A stretch of DNA of 64,000 nucleotides from Octopus sinensis (lineage: Eukaryota): assembly GCF_006345805.1 (NCBI RefSeq), contig NC_043000.1:7316001-7380000 (forward strand), given 5' to 3'. Below are positions 37,933 to 51,040 of this stretch, in pieces (within the stretch, counting starts at the first letter, position 1; every line of letters starts with the position of its first letter). Under the pieces are notes generated by a model. That model was not told the origin of the DNA and made no database searches. It saw nothing but the letters and a program-made list of their open reading frames with translations. The position numbers were made by a program, and so were the translations under genes.

Positions 37933-38657
37933 GTAAGTTGAAAGAAGAGTTGTTAAGTTTGACACTAATATTTTATTTGGTCAGAAATTTGTTAGACATT
38001 AGAACAGAACTGGTGGCTTTTCACTTTCATTTCGGTCCAGTGTTGTAGTGGCTCCAAGTTTTCTTATGTAATCAAAGTTAATTATCTTGTTAAAAGAATT
38101 GTACTGCTTGGCAAACACTGTTACTATTTAATTAGTTGACTTACTGTCAGAAACTAGTTGTGAAATTGATGTGGGAAAGGCAGTTTGGAGGTTTTGCTTT
38201 CCAGTCACATTGTTCTGGGTTCAGCCCCACTGCATGACGCCTGGGGTTAGTTTCTCCTCCTAATGCCTTGCAAAGGAAATGTGTTAGAAATATCGCAGAA
38301 GCCTATTGTGTGTGTGTGATTTCCATTAAAGGCAAATGGAAAGCTGCTACTGGTAACCATGTAATTATGAAAGTAATACCTGGTCTCTGTCTCTGTCTCT
38401 CTGAGAGACTGACAGACAGAGGCTGAAATGTTATGGGGAAATGGAAATATATGATTTGTGAGTTACAGTGGAAAGCATAAAATGTGTCGTTATGGATATG
38501 GCAAATGTTTGTGCAGAAAAGCCGAAGGCTGTGAGCAAAGGATAAATCAGTAAAAAAAAAAAAGGATGGTTGCGGTGGATATAGCTGTGCAGCCACCAAG
38601 ATTGGTGGTTGCATGAATGATGAGAAAGAAAGTGTGCTGTAGTCTGGGGACAAATAG

Positions 38658-38715
38658 CTAGGACATTGCTTGGTCACTAGGACATTGCCTGGTCACTAGG
38701 ACATTGCCTGGTCAC
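38658..38715. repeat. 19-bp tandem repeat x3 (CTAGGACATTGCYTGGTCA)
   Basis: Direct reading. Confidence 0.9.
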
Positions 38716-38779
38716 ATCAGTGCTGCTCGGCACTGCTTCAGAAAGTGCCATAATTGTTTTGGTTTCCTGTTAGCATCTG

Positions 38780-38932
38780 GTGAAGGCAAGAAACTTGCTT
38801 CCCAACCACATTGGTCTGGGTTCAGTCCCACTGCATGGCACCTTGGACAAGTCTCTTCTACCATGGCCTTGGGCCTTGTCAATTGATTTTGTAGATTGAA
38901 ACTGAAAGAAGCTCCTCATGTACATGTGTATG

Positions 38933-38975
<43 letters not shown>

Positions 38976-39215
38976 GAGAAAGATAGAGAGAGTTCATGGC
39001 CCCTTGTTCTTGCATGGCATGATCGTTGTAAACAAGTGCCACTGTCATACAGCGATATTCTTCACTTCTAATATTCCATGGAAACATGTCCAACCATAGG
39101 GAAATGCTAACTTACTTGAAAACAGGTAAAGATTGGTAACAAGAAGGGCGTCCAGCTATAGAAAATCTGCTTCAATAATATGTTCAAATATGGGAAAGTG
39201 GACATCAAAGCCATG
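38780..39215 (+). mobile_element. SINE with family A head and an alternative 3' part
   Basis: Family A head, (TG)n, then GTTGTAAACAAGTGCCACTGTCATAC...AAGGGCGTCCAGCTATAGAAAATCTGC, also seen at 8800-8970. Confidence 0.7.
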
Positions 39216-39539
39216 TTAATGATGTCTGTTACTCATCAAAATATTTTATTAACTGAATGAATTTTTGCTTTGTTATGGATATAGAGTCAGCTTTTATTTA
39301 CAGTGCTCTTAGACTATCATCATGAACCCCACTTTCATAGCTGTTCTCATGGAGAGATATGGCTTCCCCTCTTCAGGACATGGAGAAAATACGAGCTCTT
39401 CAAGCCATGGCAAAGGTTGCTTGTGTAGGGGGAACAGTATCTCTGAATACAAACTGTTATATGGCGAAGACTCTTCAGTCTTGGCAGACAATTTCTCTAG
39501 CTTTTCTAGTTCTAGAGGCACAAGAAAATGCATCCAGGC

Positions 39540-39915
39540 ATCATCACCATCATCATCATCATTTAATCTGTTTTCCATGCTGGAATGGGTTTGACAGAAG
39601 CTGCCCATGATCCAATTGTCTGCTTTGGTATGGTTTCTATGGCTGGATGCCCTTCTTAATGCCAACCACTTTACAGGGTGTACTGGGTGCTTTTTATGTG
39701 GAACTGGCATGGGTGCATCATACATGGTACCAACACTGGTACCGACATACATGGTACTGACACTTATCTTACATGGCACCAGCACAAGTGCTTTTTAAGT
39801 AGCATCAGCACAAATGCTTTTCATGTGACACCAGCATGGGTGCTTTTTATACGACACTGAATCAGATACTTTTTATATCACACAAAAACGGGTGCATTTT
39901 ATGTGACTCCAGCCT
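39540..39915 (-). mobile_element. Older RTE-like 3' fragment with short tandem modules
   Basis: (CAT)n, GGATGCCCTTCTTAATGCCAACCAC, repeated CACCAGCA..GGTGCTTTTTA. Confidence 0.7.
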
Positions 39916-40369
39916 GTTATAAAATGGTTGGCAATAGCAAAAGTATCCAACAGCAAAAAAACAAAAAGTACACTGATAATCAAATGATACACACAACAAC
40001 AAAGATTGGCCATTGTCTCTGTTGCCGCATGTTCTGAAAGGCTATGATAAGTAGCCAGACACTTGTCATCCGGTCCAAATTACAGAATGGATTATGTTAT
40101 GTTTCATATATTGATTAATTTTCTCTTTTATAAACATGAACTGAAATGTTAACAAATGAAAAATTGAAATATTATAATGTAATGAATTCATGTAAATATT
40201 AGAATTTTAATAATTAAGATCTAATAAAAGGAAATGTATTAGTCTCATAACATTACAAGTTGTAAGACTAACACATACAATCATCATCATTTTAATGTCC
40301 ACTTTCCCATACTTGCATGGGTCCAATGGAATTCATCGAGGCAAATTTTATACAGCTGGATGCCCTTGT

Positions 40370-40680
40370 TGTTGCCAACCCTCACTTGTGTTGCTAGCCC
40401 CTACCCCACACCAGTAACCCCTGCCTGTGTTGCTACCCCCTCACCTGCATTGCCACCCCCTCACCTGCATTGCCACCCCATCACATATGTTGCTAACCCT
40501 CACCCACAATTGCTAAGCCCCATCTGTGTCGCTAACCCTCACTCACATCATTAACTACACCCATGTTGTTAACTCTCACCCACATTGCTACCCCCTCACC
40601 TGCATTGCTACCCCCTCACCTGCATTGCCACCCCCTCACCTGCATTGCCACCCCATCACATATGTTGCTAACCCTCACTT
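40370..40680. repeat. ~19-20-bp C-rich minisatellite (CCCTCACCTGCATTGCYAC)
   Basis: Direct reading; lies inside a (CAT)n-tailed retroposon fragment. Confidence 0.85.
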
Positions 40681-41466
40681 GACTCCAGGCAAGATGATAT
40701 TTCTCTATGACCAAACATGTTTCTTTTACAAAAGTCTAGAAAGGAACATCATCACTTGCATGATGGTGAATCCTATTTTGCAGCCATCATGTGATGTCAA
40801 GACAAGGGTGTGCACACACGCAGAGAGGGATAGAGAGAGCTGGGATGGGAGCTCCTTCCAGTTCCTGTCTACTAAGTCTACTTTCAAGGCTTTGGACAGC
40901 CTGAGACTGTAGTAGAAGACAATTGCCCAAGGTGCTGCACAGTGGGATTGAACCCCAAGAGCCACATGGTTTGGAAGCAAGCTTAATCTTTTTTTTTAAC
41001 AATATATCAAAACTGGTAAAAAATATCATATATAAGAGTTCATCTTGAAAACAGTTTCAATAGATATAGGGAAAAAAATCTAAGAAAAGCAATTATCTAA
41101 ATCTGTTGAACAGGACGAAAATTTGGTTGTATTTGTAACTTTACTGGGTAGTATTTGAAAAATTCTGTATGTATTTCATCATCCAGTAATTAGCTCTGTC
41201 CACTAATCAGTATATGATATCTTTTATGTTCAAGAGAAATAAACTTATTTCCTTTTTCTGGTATTGTTACTTTTTCTTTACGACTATTCATCAAACTTGT
41301 TTATAAACTTACTTAGAACTGATGACTATGTTAAAAAGGTATCAAAGGTACACTGATAACAAAGATTGAACAGCATGGAAGAAACCAGTATATATATATA
41401 TATATATACATAGACACACATGTAACAATACTATCCCCCCCCCCCCACCAAGGCTATACAGGACTA

Positions 41467-42071
41467 ACGTCCGCTTTCCATGCTAGCATGGGTTGGACGG
41501 TTCAACTGGGGTCTGGGAAGCCCGAAGGCTGCACCAGGCCAGTCTGATCTGGCAGTGTTTCTACAGCTGGATGCCCTTCCTAACGCCAACCACCCCGTGA
41601 GTGTAGTGGGTGCTTTTTACGTGCCACCGACACAGGTGCCAGGCGAGGCTGGCAAACGGCCACGAACGGATGGTGCTTTTTATGTGCCACCGGCACGGGG
41701 GCCAGGCGAGGCTGGCACGGCCATGATCGGATGGTGTTTGTTACGTGCCACCAGCACGGAGGCCAGTCGATACGGTACTGGCTACGGCCACGTTCGGATG
41801 GTTTTCTTATGTGCTACCGCCACTGGTATCACAAAACTACAAATTCCATTGATGTTCATCGATTTTGATTTGATTTTTGAATTTTTGATTTTCACTTGCC
41901 TCAACAGGTCTTCACAAGTAGAGTTATGTATCCCAAGATGGAAGGTATGCACAGGTGGACTGACTACGTCCAGGTAGGGGCCATGGGTTATGGCCTCACT
42001 TGTCCTGCCGGGTCTTCTCGTGCACAGCATACTTCTAAAGGTCTCAGTCTCTGGTCATTTCCTCGGTGAGA

Positions 42072-42073
<2 letters not shown>
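41467..42073 (-). mobile_element. RTE 3' end (ORF end plus 3' UTR)
   Basis: Reverse complement of 16130-16790-type sequence. Confidence 0.9.
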
Positions 42074-42139
<66 letters not shown>

Positions 42140-42232
42140 CAACAATTGAGGGCAAAATTAATTAATTATTAATCAATTTCACCAAGTGTTCAGTATGCAA
42201 AGGGACCATTCAAGGCGAATTCAAATTATTAC

Positions 42233-42454
42233 ATTATATAAAAGGGCTTAGTAAAATAAATTACTTTGCCGCATACTGAACTCATTAGAAATAGCAGCTA
42301 AAAAACTTTTCTAAGGCTATTTCTAATACTTAAAGAAAATCTCTCTCATATATAGTGTTTGCTTAATTCAACTCACAAAAGTTTGGGGGTAAGGACATCT
42401 AATGAGTTCAGTATGCGGCAAAGTAATTTATTTTACTAAGCCCTTTTATATAAT
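42233..42454. repeat. Perfect 57-bp inverted repeat with a 108-bp spacer
   Basis: 42233-42289 is the exact reverse complement of 42398-42454. Confidence 0.93.
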
Positions 42455-42566
42455 ATATATATATATATATTAGATATATATATATACATGTATGTATGTG
42501 TGTGTCTATATATATATGATATGTGAATATATATAGATATAGAGACGTGTATGTATGTATATATAT

Positions 42567-42784
42567 AATCTTTTTCTACTCTAGGCACAAGGCCCGAAAT
42601 TTTTAGGGAGGGGGCCCAGTCGATTAGATCGACCCCAGTACTCAACTGGTACTTAATTTATCGACCCCGAAAGGATGAAAGGCAAAGTCGACCTCGGCGG
42701 AATTTGGACCCAGAACATAACAGCAGACGAAATACCACTAAGCATTTTGCCCGGTGTGCTAGCGATTCTGCCATCTTGCCGCCC
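42567..42784 (-). mobile_element. tRNA-derived SINE family E
   Basis: Minus GGCGGCAAGATGGCAGAATCGCTAGC...GGTCGACTTTGCCTTTCATCCTTTCGGGGTCG. Other copies at about 7410-7610, 22555-22935, 25545-26317 and 49066-49270. Confidence 0.8.
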
Positions 42785-42805
42785 ATATATATATATATAT
42801 ATATG

Positions 42806-43108
42806 ATGGAGTCCCATGACTTAGTGGTTAGGGTATTGCACTCGCAATTGCAAAATTGGGGTTTCGATTCCCAGACTCGGTGTTGCATTGTGTTCTTGAG
42901 CAAAGCACTTCATCTCCTGTTGCTCTGCAATCATTTTGTCATCTGACATGTGGCACATAGTCCACCTATACAGGTAATGTCAACTTGATGGAGGGAATGA
43001 GCTTTTGTGTACACAGGCATTTGATCACCATCACCAAATGATCTGTGTGGTTGCTCGGCAAGAAATTGCTGAACCCTCATTTGTCATCTAACGACAGGAG
43101 AATCCATG
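42806..43108 (+). mobile_element. tRNA-derived SINE (family C-like head)
   Basis: TGACTTAGTGGTTAGGG...GGTTTCGATTCC...GTGTTCTTGAGCAAAGCAC. Confidence 0.75.
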
Positions 43109-43142
43109 ATAGTCTATATATATATATATATATATAAAAAAA

Positions 43143-43380
43143 AAAAGCACCATCCGAACGTGGCCGATGCCAGACCCCTCTGGCACCTGTGCAGGTGGCA
43201 CGTAAAAAACACCCACTACACTCGCGGAGTGGTTGGCGTTAGGAAGGGCATCCAGCTGTAGAAACACTGCCAGACTAGACTGGAGCCTGGGGCAGTCCCT
43301 AGCTACCCAGACCCCGGTCGGAACCGTCCAACCCGTGCTAGCGCGGAAAGCGGACGTTAAACGATGATGATGATGATGAT
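43143..43380 (+). mobile_element. RTE 3' terminal fragment
   Basis: CCCACTACACTCGCGGAGTGGTTGGCGTTAGGAAGGGCATCCAG...(GAT)n. Confidence 0.88.
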
Positions 43381-43381
43381 A

Positions 43382-43760
43382 GGCGCGGGAGTGGCTGTGT
43401 GGTAAGTAGCTTGCTAACCAACCACATGGTTCCGGGTTCAGTCCCACTGCGTTGCAGCTTGGGCAAGTGTCTTCTGCTATAGCCCCGGGCTGACCAATGC
43501 CTTGTGAGTGGATTTGGTAGATGGAAACTGAAAGAAGCCTGTCGTATATATATATATATATGTATGCGTGTGTGTCTGTGTTTGTCCCCCTTGACAACCG
43601 ATGCTGGTGTGTTTACGTCCCCGTCACTTAGCGGTTCGGCAAAAAGAGACCGATAGAATAAGTACTGGGCTTACAAAGAATAAGTCCCGGGGTCGATTTG
43701 CTCGACTAAAGGCGGTGCTCCAGCATGGCCACAGTCAAATGACTGAAGCAAGTAAAAGAA
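43382..43760 (+). mobile_element. tRNA-derived SINE family A (well-preserved copy)
   Basis: Pol III A/B-box-like head TGGCTGTGTGGTAAG...GGTTCAGTCCC, central (TA)n/(TG)n, tail CAGTCAAATGACTGAA.CAAGTAAAAG. Confidence 0.88.
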
Positions 43761-44657
43761 GAAGAAAGAAGATATATGGTGAGATAGGGAGATGCACGCA
43801 CGTGCGCACACATGCATGTGGAGTACATACCTATGAGACAAAAGAAACATCATTGTTAGGATGACTAGTCTTCTCTCTCAGATTATAATTGTTATTGTTC
43901 ATTGTGAGTCTTAGAACTCCTCCAGAACATAATTTCTCAGAGAATTGGAATGAAATACCTACTGATATTGATGAATGTAGGAATGAACCAATTGACCCTT
44001 TATTAGTCATGCAGCCCAACTCGTTCTAGTAATTAGATTTTGGAAGTTAATTTTTTTTTTATTATACATATAATGAAATATTTACAAAAGTTAGTGTATT
44101 GACAAAACTGTGTCAGTATTTTAAAAGAGAAATATTTAAAAAATGACAGAACAAAAAGTAAAAGAAAAGCAAGAGAGACAAAGCCTAACAACTTGTCTGT
44201 ATTTAAATATGATCAAGTCCCCTATTTTTTCATCATAATCATCATCATTTAACATCTGCCTCCCATGCTGGTGTATAGAAACAAAGCTACATTATGTGTG
44301 TCAACATTTTAAATATGTACATATGTGTAAGACACCCGCTGTTTTTGTCCTGTTATTACTATTATTGTTTTTTGTATTTATATTCGTGTGGCATCGTCCG
44401 TTTTTCTGTCCTTGTTTCGTATACATTTGATCCTTTTTCCAAGAAATCTAATGCTCGTAGCTTAGTTTTTCCTTGGGGCTGCCCAGATCGGAGCGATCTC
44501 AAGATTAATCAGCCGAAATTGCGAGGATGATCCGGTTCTTGACTGAAGATTGAAGGCTTCGAATGTCCCGTCCGTGTTTTTTGTATCGTCTTCTAAATGT
44601 TTTACGTTCTTGTCCCAGTTTGTATTTTTCTACATATAATATATATATATATATATA

Positions 44658-45484
44658 ACCAAATCAAAATAGATGAACATCAATGGAATTTGTATCTTTG
44701 TGGTACCAGTACCGGTGGCACACAAGAAAACCATCCGAACGTGGCCGTAGCCAGTACCGCATCGACTGGCCTCTGTGATGTGGGCACATAACAAACACCA
44801 TCCGATCGTGGCCGTCCGCCAGCCTCATCTGGCACCTGTGTCGGTGGCACATGAAAACACCATCCGAAGACCCGGCAAGACTAGTCAGGCCATAACCCGT
44901 GGCCCCTACCTGGGACGTAGTCAGTCCACCTGTGCATACCTTCCTTCTTGTGACACTTGTGAAGACCTGTTGAGGCAAGTGAAAATCAAATCAAAACAAA
45001 TCAAAATAGATGACATCAATGGAATTTGTATCTTTGTGGTACCAGTGCCGGTGGCACACATCACCGAACGTGGCCGTAGCCAGTACCGCATAGACTGGCC
45101 TCCGTGCTTTGGGGACGTAACAAACACCATCCGATCGTGGCCGTCCGCCAGCCTCATCTGGCACCTGTGTCGGTGGCACATAAAAACACCATCCGAGCGT
45201 GGCCGTCTGCCAGCCTTGTCTGGCACCTGTGTCGGGGCACATAAAAACACCATCCGAGCATGGCGTTTCGCCAGCCTCGTCTGGCACCTGTGTCGGTGGC
45301 ACATAAAATCACCCACTACACTCTCGAGTGGTTGGCGTTAGGAAGGGCAATCCAGCTGTAGAAACACTGCCAGATCTGACTGGCCTGGTGCAGCCTTCGG
45401 GCTCCCCAGACCCCAGTTGAACCGTCCAACCCATGCTAGCATGGAAAACGGACGCTAAATGATGATGATGATGATGATGATGAT
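44658..45484 (+). mobile_element. RTE 3' end with duplicated UTR segment and (GAT)n tail
   Basis: Homologous to 16180-16813. 44660-44866 repeats about 45000-45195. Confidence 0.9.
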
Positions 45485-47219
45485 ATGTATGTGTGTACAT
45501 ATTTATACACACATAAAGGTGGCAAACAAAAAACCCAAAATGTTTTTGGTATCTTATTTGCCAACTTTTAAAGAGAAGTGTAACCAAGCTAGGTGTGAGT
45601 ACAATGAAATAGTTGTACACAAACCAGTTATTTATTTACATTTAGCTCGAAACTTATTTGATAATAGCAGTAGCAATTCTTTCACACCAAGGAGAAAATG
45701 ATTAATTTTCTTTTTGTGATGGATATGTTTTTCATAGTCAATATCAACAGATGAACCATCCATTTATGGAAAGTGAAATGAGGAACAGTACAAAACATGA
45801 ATTCACTTTAGGACATGGCAACAGAAAGGGCATCTGGCCATAGAAGATCTGCCTCAATGAATTATTCATAGAGAAGTGGTGGTTAAAAACAATGATGATG
45901 CAGATGATAATGAATGGGACAATATCCAAATATATTCTCAAGAAGAAAGAAAAGAAACATCTCACATTCTTGATGACAACCTGGTCAGCGATTCTAAGAG
46001 CCATAAAGTGGGTACTGAGCAAAATAATATTACATGGGCTCTGGAAAGCTGTGTTGTGTTCTGATATTAAGGCCGCTTGAAACCCAGGTATTTTGTGATA
46101 TAATTTGGTTGAAAGCTGACAGCAATCATTTCCAATAAAAGTGGTCTTGTGTGTTTGAATACTGAAGACACATCAGCTGAATAGAACAATTTGATTCTCA
46201 GTAATTGTTTCTCATTACTTGAAATACAATTATTTTCATGACTTTAATCAGAAATTACTCTGAGACTTGTCTTTCTGCTGGAAACTACAACCATTTCAGC
46301 AACAAAAGCAATGGTAATATATCTTTGATCATATCACTTCAATGGTGCTACATTGGCTACAAGTGCAGAATGGACACAGTGGAAAACTACGTTCCTAAAT
46401 TTTCTTAAAAGTGCATTGTTTTTTAAAATAAGAATAATTGAGATAGTAGATCTGTATTACAGTGATCTGTATAGCTGATGACTAGCGGCAAATTTTGCAG
46501 TATTTGGGTTAAGCTTTTATAAAAGAAGTTGTAAATCTCCACAATGTACCACTTTTGTTTGATTTATATTATTATTAAAATTTTGGGTTATTGTACTGAA
46601 GGCCATCTCCACTACATAGGATGATGGTAAAGTAATGATAAAATAGCTTGGCTTCATTTCACAATAAAGGAAATTTCATACTGCATTATAACATTTCACA
46701 GAAGCCTTGGTTTTCAAAAATCATTTCATTTTGTTTCCATTTGTCATTTTCTAACACAATGATGGTTTCCTTCAATCCAATTTTTTGTTCTTCCATTCTT
46801 CCATATAATTGGGTTCCATTCTAGGCACCTTATGGTATACATTTGGTTAACAGTCGAAAGCCATCATTTGTAATAAAAGTTGGTTGCTCATAGACTTGCA
46901 TACATGAATACTGTTGTTGACGTTTTGAGTTGAATGGAACAATTTGATTCTCAGCAACTGTTTCGTGTTAAAACAGGTCAAAAGAAAGTACAACCATAGA
47001 ATTTACACATGTGAGATGGTTACATTGAATAGGATGAAATAAATGTGCTTATTAATTCATAATTTCTTTTCTTTCTTATGACTCTCACGAAATAGATTTC
47101 GTTTTCAATTATTTATTTTCTTGTTAGCAACACTTTTGGAAATTTATTTTCTTAGATATTATTTTTAATATCAATTATTTAGTTATTTTGCTTTTAGATT
47201 TTAGTTTTTTCTTACTGTT

Positions 47220-48470
47220 ATGAGCCAGTATGAAAATGGTGAAAATGGTTCAATTAGAACCACCACTTATAAAAAAAAAATGGCAATATGGATTGCAATA
47301 TGGATTTACTCTCAAACCATTGGTGATGCATGTCTCCTTTCTGTGAAACTATGAAGTCATTACAGCTAAAAGACTACTTTTCAAAAAAGCAACAAGGGGG
47401 AAAGTGCATACATTACAGTTAGAAAATATGAAGGTGGTATTGAAAGATATCTACTCAAATTCACACCCGATTGCCTTCATATAAAATATAATTATAGCTA
47501 AATGTGGGAAAGCTACAGAATTGGAGTGACATTAATGATACCTTCTGTGGCTGAACATCTTACTATGGTCCTTAAAGTAGCTACAGATGTTTTTTAATTG
47601 ATTCCTCTCAGTAATAACAGAATATCTTACTGAACTGAGGAAATAAGGAAAGATATTGAAAGTCAGCTTGTATATGAAATTTCAAAAGACTCAATGAACA
47701 AACTGTATAGGACAATGAGAAATTTTATTGATGGCCTATAGACATTTTATTAAAGAAAGGAAAATCTATGAAGAAACACTTTCTTAAATTGTTGACAACA
47801 AAGGATCAAACAGTTTTCCAATTATCAAGAATTTACATTGAAACTAACTATGTCTCTTTTGGCAATATGATATCATGTACAGGTGATGGCGTGTGTACCA
47901 TCTATGACAGGTTGCCAAGCTGCTCTGGTGTCATATGTGAAAAAGGAAATACCTAATGTATAGGCAATTCACTGCATAATTCACTAATTATCATCAGCAC
48001 TTTGTCATGTGTAGTAGAGCAGCTGTCTTCAAGTAATTTTTGCTGTTAACAAAAATTAAGTCTTGGACTAGGAACACTAAGTTACTCTGCCAATTATTTG
48101 AACAGAATAGTGACAATTTTGTAAGCTGCTGCCTCCACTCTAAAGTTCATTGGTTTTGGCTGCCAGCAAGGTTTTGTTTGAAATGTGCCTTCCAGCTTTA
48201 TAGCATTGCTGTTGGAATTTTATATATAAAATCATGAAGACCAACTAGTAAAAGATATCGGTTTTATTCATGGAGATATAACTTGCTTAGCTGGTATTTA
48301 TGACAAAATGAAAACTGTTGCATCTTATCCTACAAGATTTATCATTGATAATGATTAGTTAATGAAAATGTTGGTTACATTTCCTTTTATAAGCTATATT
48401 TGTAGGCTTCAGCAACTTCCTCATTTAACAAGCCTCAAATTTTTCAAAACAAACAAAGAGAAATTTTAGC
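47220..48470 (+). pseudogene. hAT (Charlie/ZBED-type) transposase remnant
   Basis: PLSNNRIS, LLTTKDQTVF...ISCTGDG, HCIIH, LHSKVHW (cf. LHTEVRW), in the expected order. Confidence 0.8.
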
Positions 48471-48559
48471 ATGTATTTTACCTTGTTTTCAAGGTAGAAG
48501 ATAGATCTTTAGAGATTAGATTCTAGGTCTTAATGGGTTTAAATTCACATAAGTATCTC

Positions 48560-48910
48560 ATGCTCCTTTGGTCCATTCAGCCTAGGAGGGTTGCAAGAGC
48601 AGTGTCTTCAAGTACCTCCTACAAAACGTTCTACCAGAAGCAACTATTGTTAGACTTTCCTGCTGGATTCTCAAGTATGACCAACTGAGACTATGGATAT
48701 TATTCAGCCATTTCATTCTTGATCCACCCCTAGGTCTCTGCTGGTGGGCTTGGCCTGATGTATCCATCTTGTGATTGCTTCTTGCAACATTCTAATCACA
48801 TATCTGTATTACCGGAGCTGTAACCTCTTAATGTGGCAAAGTAATGATTCATTATGGAGAGATTCCTTGATCTCTGAGCTGTGCACCTGTCTTCTTAGGT
48901 TTCATTCAGA
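48560..48910 (-). mobile_element. Old RTE-like LINE C-terminal remnant
   Basis: QRPRGGSRMKWLNNI (cf. KRPRGRPR.RW.D.I). Confidence 0.6.
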
Positions 48911-49400
48911 ATTATTTTCTTATAGGTGTGAACATTGTGAAGTTCTGATTTGATTTGATTTTTCTTATGATCTGTGTCATAAAAATAAAATGGCATTAAT
49001 ATTTTCATTAATAATCATGTAGGATTATTAATGATTGGTTTGGTCTCATTATTGTCAATAATAAAGGCAGTGTGCTGACAAGAGAGCTTCACTTACAATG
49101 CCTTTGGATTTTTTTCCCCCTTAACCACTTTATGTTTTAAGGTCAAATTCTGCTATGTCATCCTTGCCTTTCATCCTCTGGAGTTTGATAAAATTATGTA
49201 CCAGTTGAGTACTGTAAGTAATACACTTAACCATCTCCAGTTCATGTGTTGTGTCTGTTAGAAATGGTCACTACTGCTATTATTTTATAAGGTACATTTT
49301 CATCATGCTTATGTAACGTGCTTTATTTTACAATATTTTTCATACTTGTCACATGCAAATCATTTTACAATGTTCATGGATATATTTTGCTTTTTCTCAG

Positions 49401-49525
49401 GTACCCAATGTAAAAATTGATGCGACAAAACTTAATCCTGAAGAATTAGGGAAGCTTTATACTGATGTAAAAATGTGGAAAAATAAACAAGATCACATTA
49501 ATGCTAAATTGGAAACCATGAAAAG
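49401..49525 (+). CDS. HSF: HSF exon: linker and start of HR-A heptad repeat
   Basis: tttttctcag acceptor, gtaaac donor. Encodes VPNVKIDATKLNPEELGKLYTDVKMWKNKQDHINAKLETMK(R). In frame with both neighbours (phase 0 to 2). Confidence 0.92.
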
Positions 49526-50429
49526 GTAAACATTTTAACCTATGGCTTATGTCATATTTCAGTATAACATTTTGTTTCAAAATTAGTCCCCCCTTAATAC
49601 AAGGTACTCCAAATCATATGCAAGATGCTGTCTACCAGACTGGCCACACCATTCTGATATATAGAAATGGATGTAGATGGTGATAGCAATACTGCTGTTG
49701 CATAAGAAGTTTTGTCTATATTTATTCATCTCAACATACATGATATAGTGAGGGAGAAAATAGATCTTTATTGTACAGAGGATAACTGAGAGTTCCTGCA
49801 TGATAATCTGCTAATAGCAACTGACCTAATCTTTGACTGGTGCAAGACCCCAGCTAAAAAAAAGAATGATGTGATAGTGGAACAACTTTGTAGATTGAAC
49901 CATACATGCTCTATCTACAAAGCTGTGAAATATCTTATTTTGGTAGGTTAGGATCAAATCCAATGGAAAGAGTTATAACCCACTAGATTGCTGTCCATGT
50001 TCTATGGTTCTTCATAGATAGAGTTATCTTTCTACCTATGAAGAATCATACATTAGATTATTTTAGCATGGAAGGAATGAATGAACAGGAGCAACATCAA
50101 GGAGCAACATCAAGTTGCACAAGAGGAGCTAGGTGTCAGGTATACTTAACTACGGGAGAAACCTAAAGTAAGAAGTTTGTCAATGTTCTAAGGCATGAAG
50201 GTCAGAGATGTGAGATATTGTGGATTGTCAGGCAGTGTGTTACTGAAAATTGATGTCTTTGGTGAGAAGTGTATTGAGAATGACAGTGGAGTTCTTGATC
50301 TTACTGATGCTGAAAAGGAAGGAAGCATAGGAGTGCCATTTTGTGAGATTACTCAATGTGGAAATGTTTGGGAAAAAGAAGGCCTATTCTAAGTGCGACC
50401 TACATAGGACCTACATTGATTATAAAAAC

Positions 50430-51040
50430 AGTTCCTGGTCCATCAGGAATCATCACTAAAATGCTTAAAGTGTGAGTAGGGCATGCATAGTCAGTCAGGT
50501 GGCTCAAGACGATACCATACCTACTGACTTGTGTAGCAGCAAAGCAGCATCTTTAACTGCTACAAAGGTAAAGGTGATGCTTTATAGAGAGGTAATTACA
50601 AAGGAATCAAAGTGTTAGACCAAATTATGAAAGTCACAGAAAGAGATATAGCTCAGCTAGTTAGGATGAGAATTAACCTTGATGAAACTCATTTTGACTT
50701 TGTGCCTGAGAAGGTTTTTAGCTGCCCTCTTCTTAATGAGCTGAAGTACTTAGTCAGGAGTAAGCCTCTCCTACCTGGCGTTGTTGACTTTGAAAATGCC
50801 TTCAACAGGATTCCCTGCTCTGATCTCGTGGTTGCTGAGGAGGCTAGATTTAATTGAATGGTTTGTGAGAGCAGTACAAGCCATGTACAGAGATGGTGAA
50901 TACTTAACATGCATTCAGCAACAGATCTCAGGGTCCAGCATGGGATTTATTAGGGCTCAGCCCTTAGCTTCCACTTGTTCATTGTAGTTCTCCAAACCAA
51001 AACAGAGGAGTTATGATCGTGGATTCTCTTATGTTGACGA
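50430..51040 (+). mobile_element. Strongly decayed RTE RT fragment
   Basis: CYKGKGDAL, LDQIMKVTER, VDFENAFNRIP, EWFVRAVQAMYRD. Confidence 0.85.

Noticed and set aside
44520-44575. CTGAAGA...CTTCGAAT hammerhead-like motif
   Set aside because: No GAAA and no valid stem II loop.
46080-47090. Coding-looking stretch with a ~33-bp duplicated motif (about 46180 and 46932)
   Set aside because: Probably an old transposon, but I recognise no diagnostic motif.
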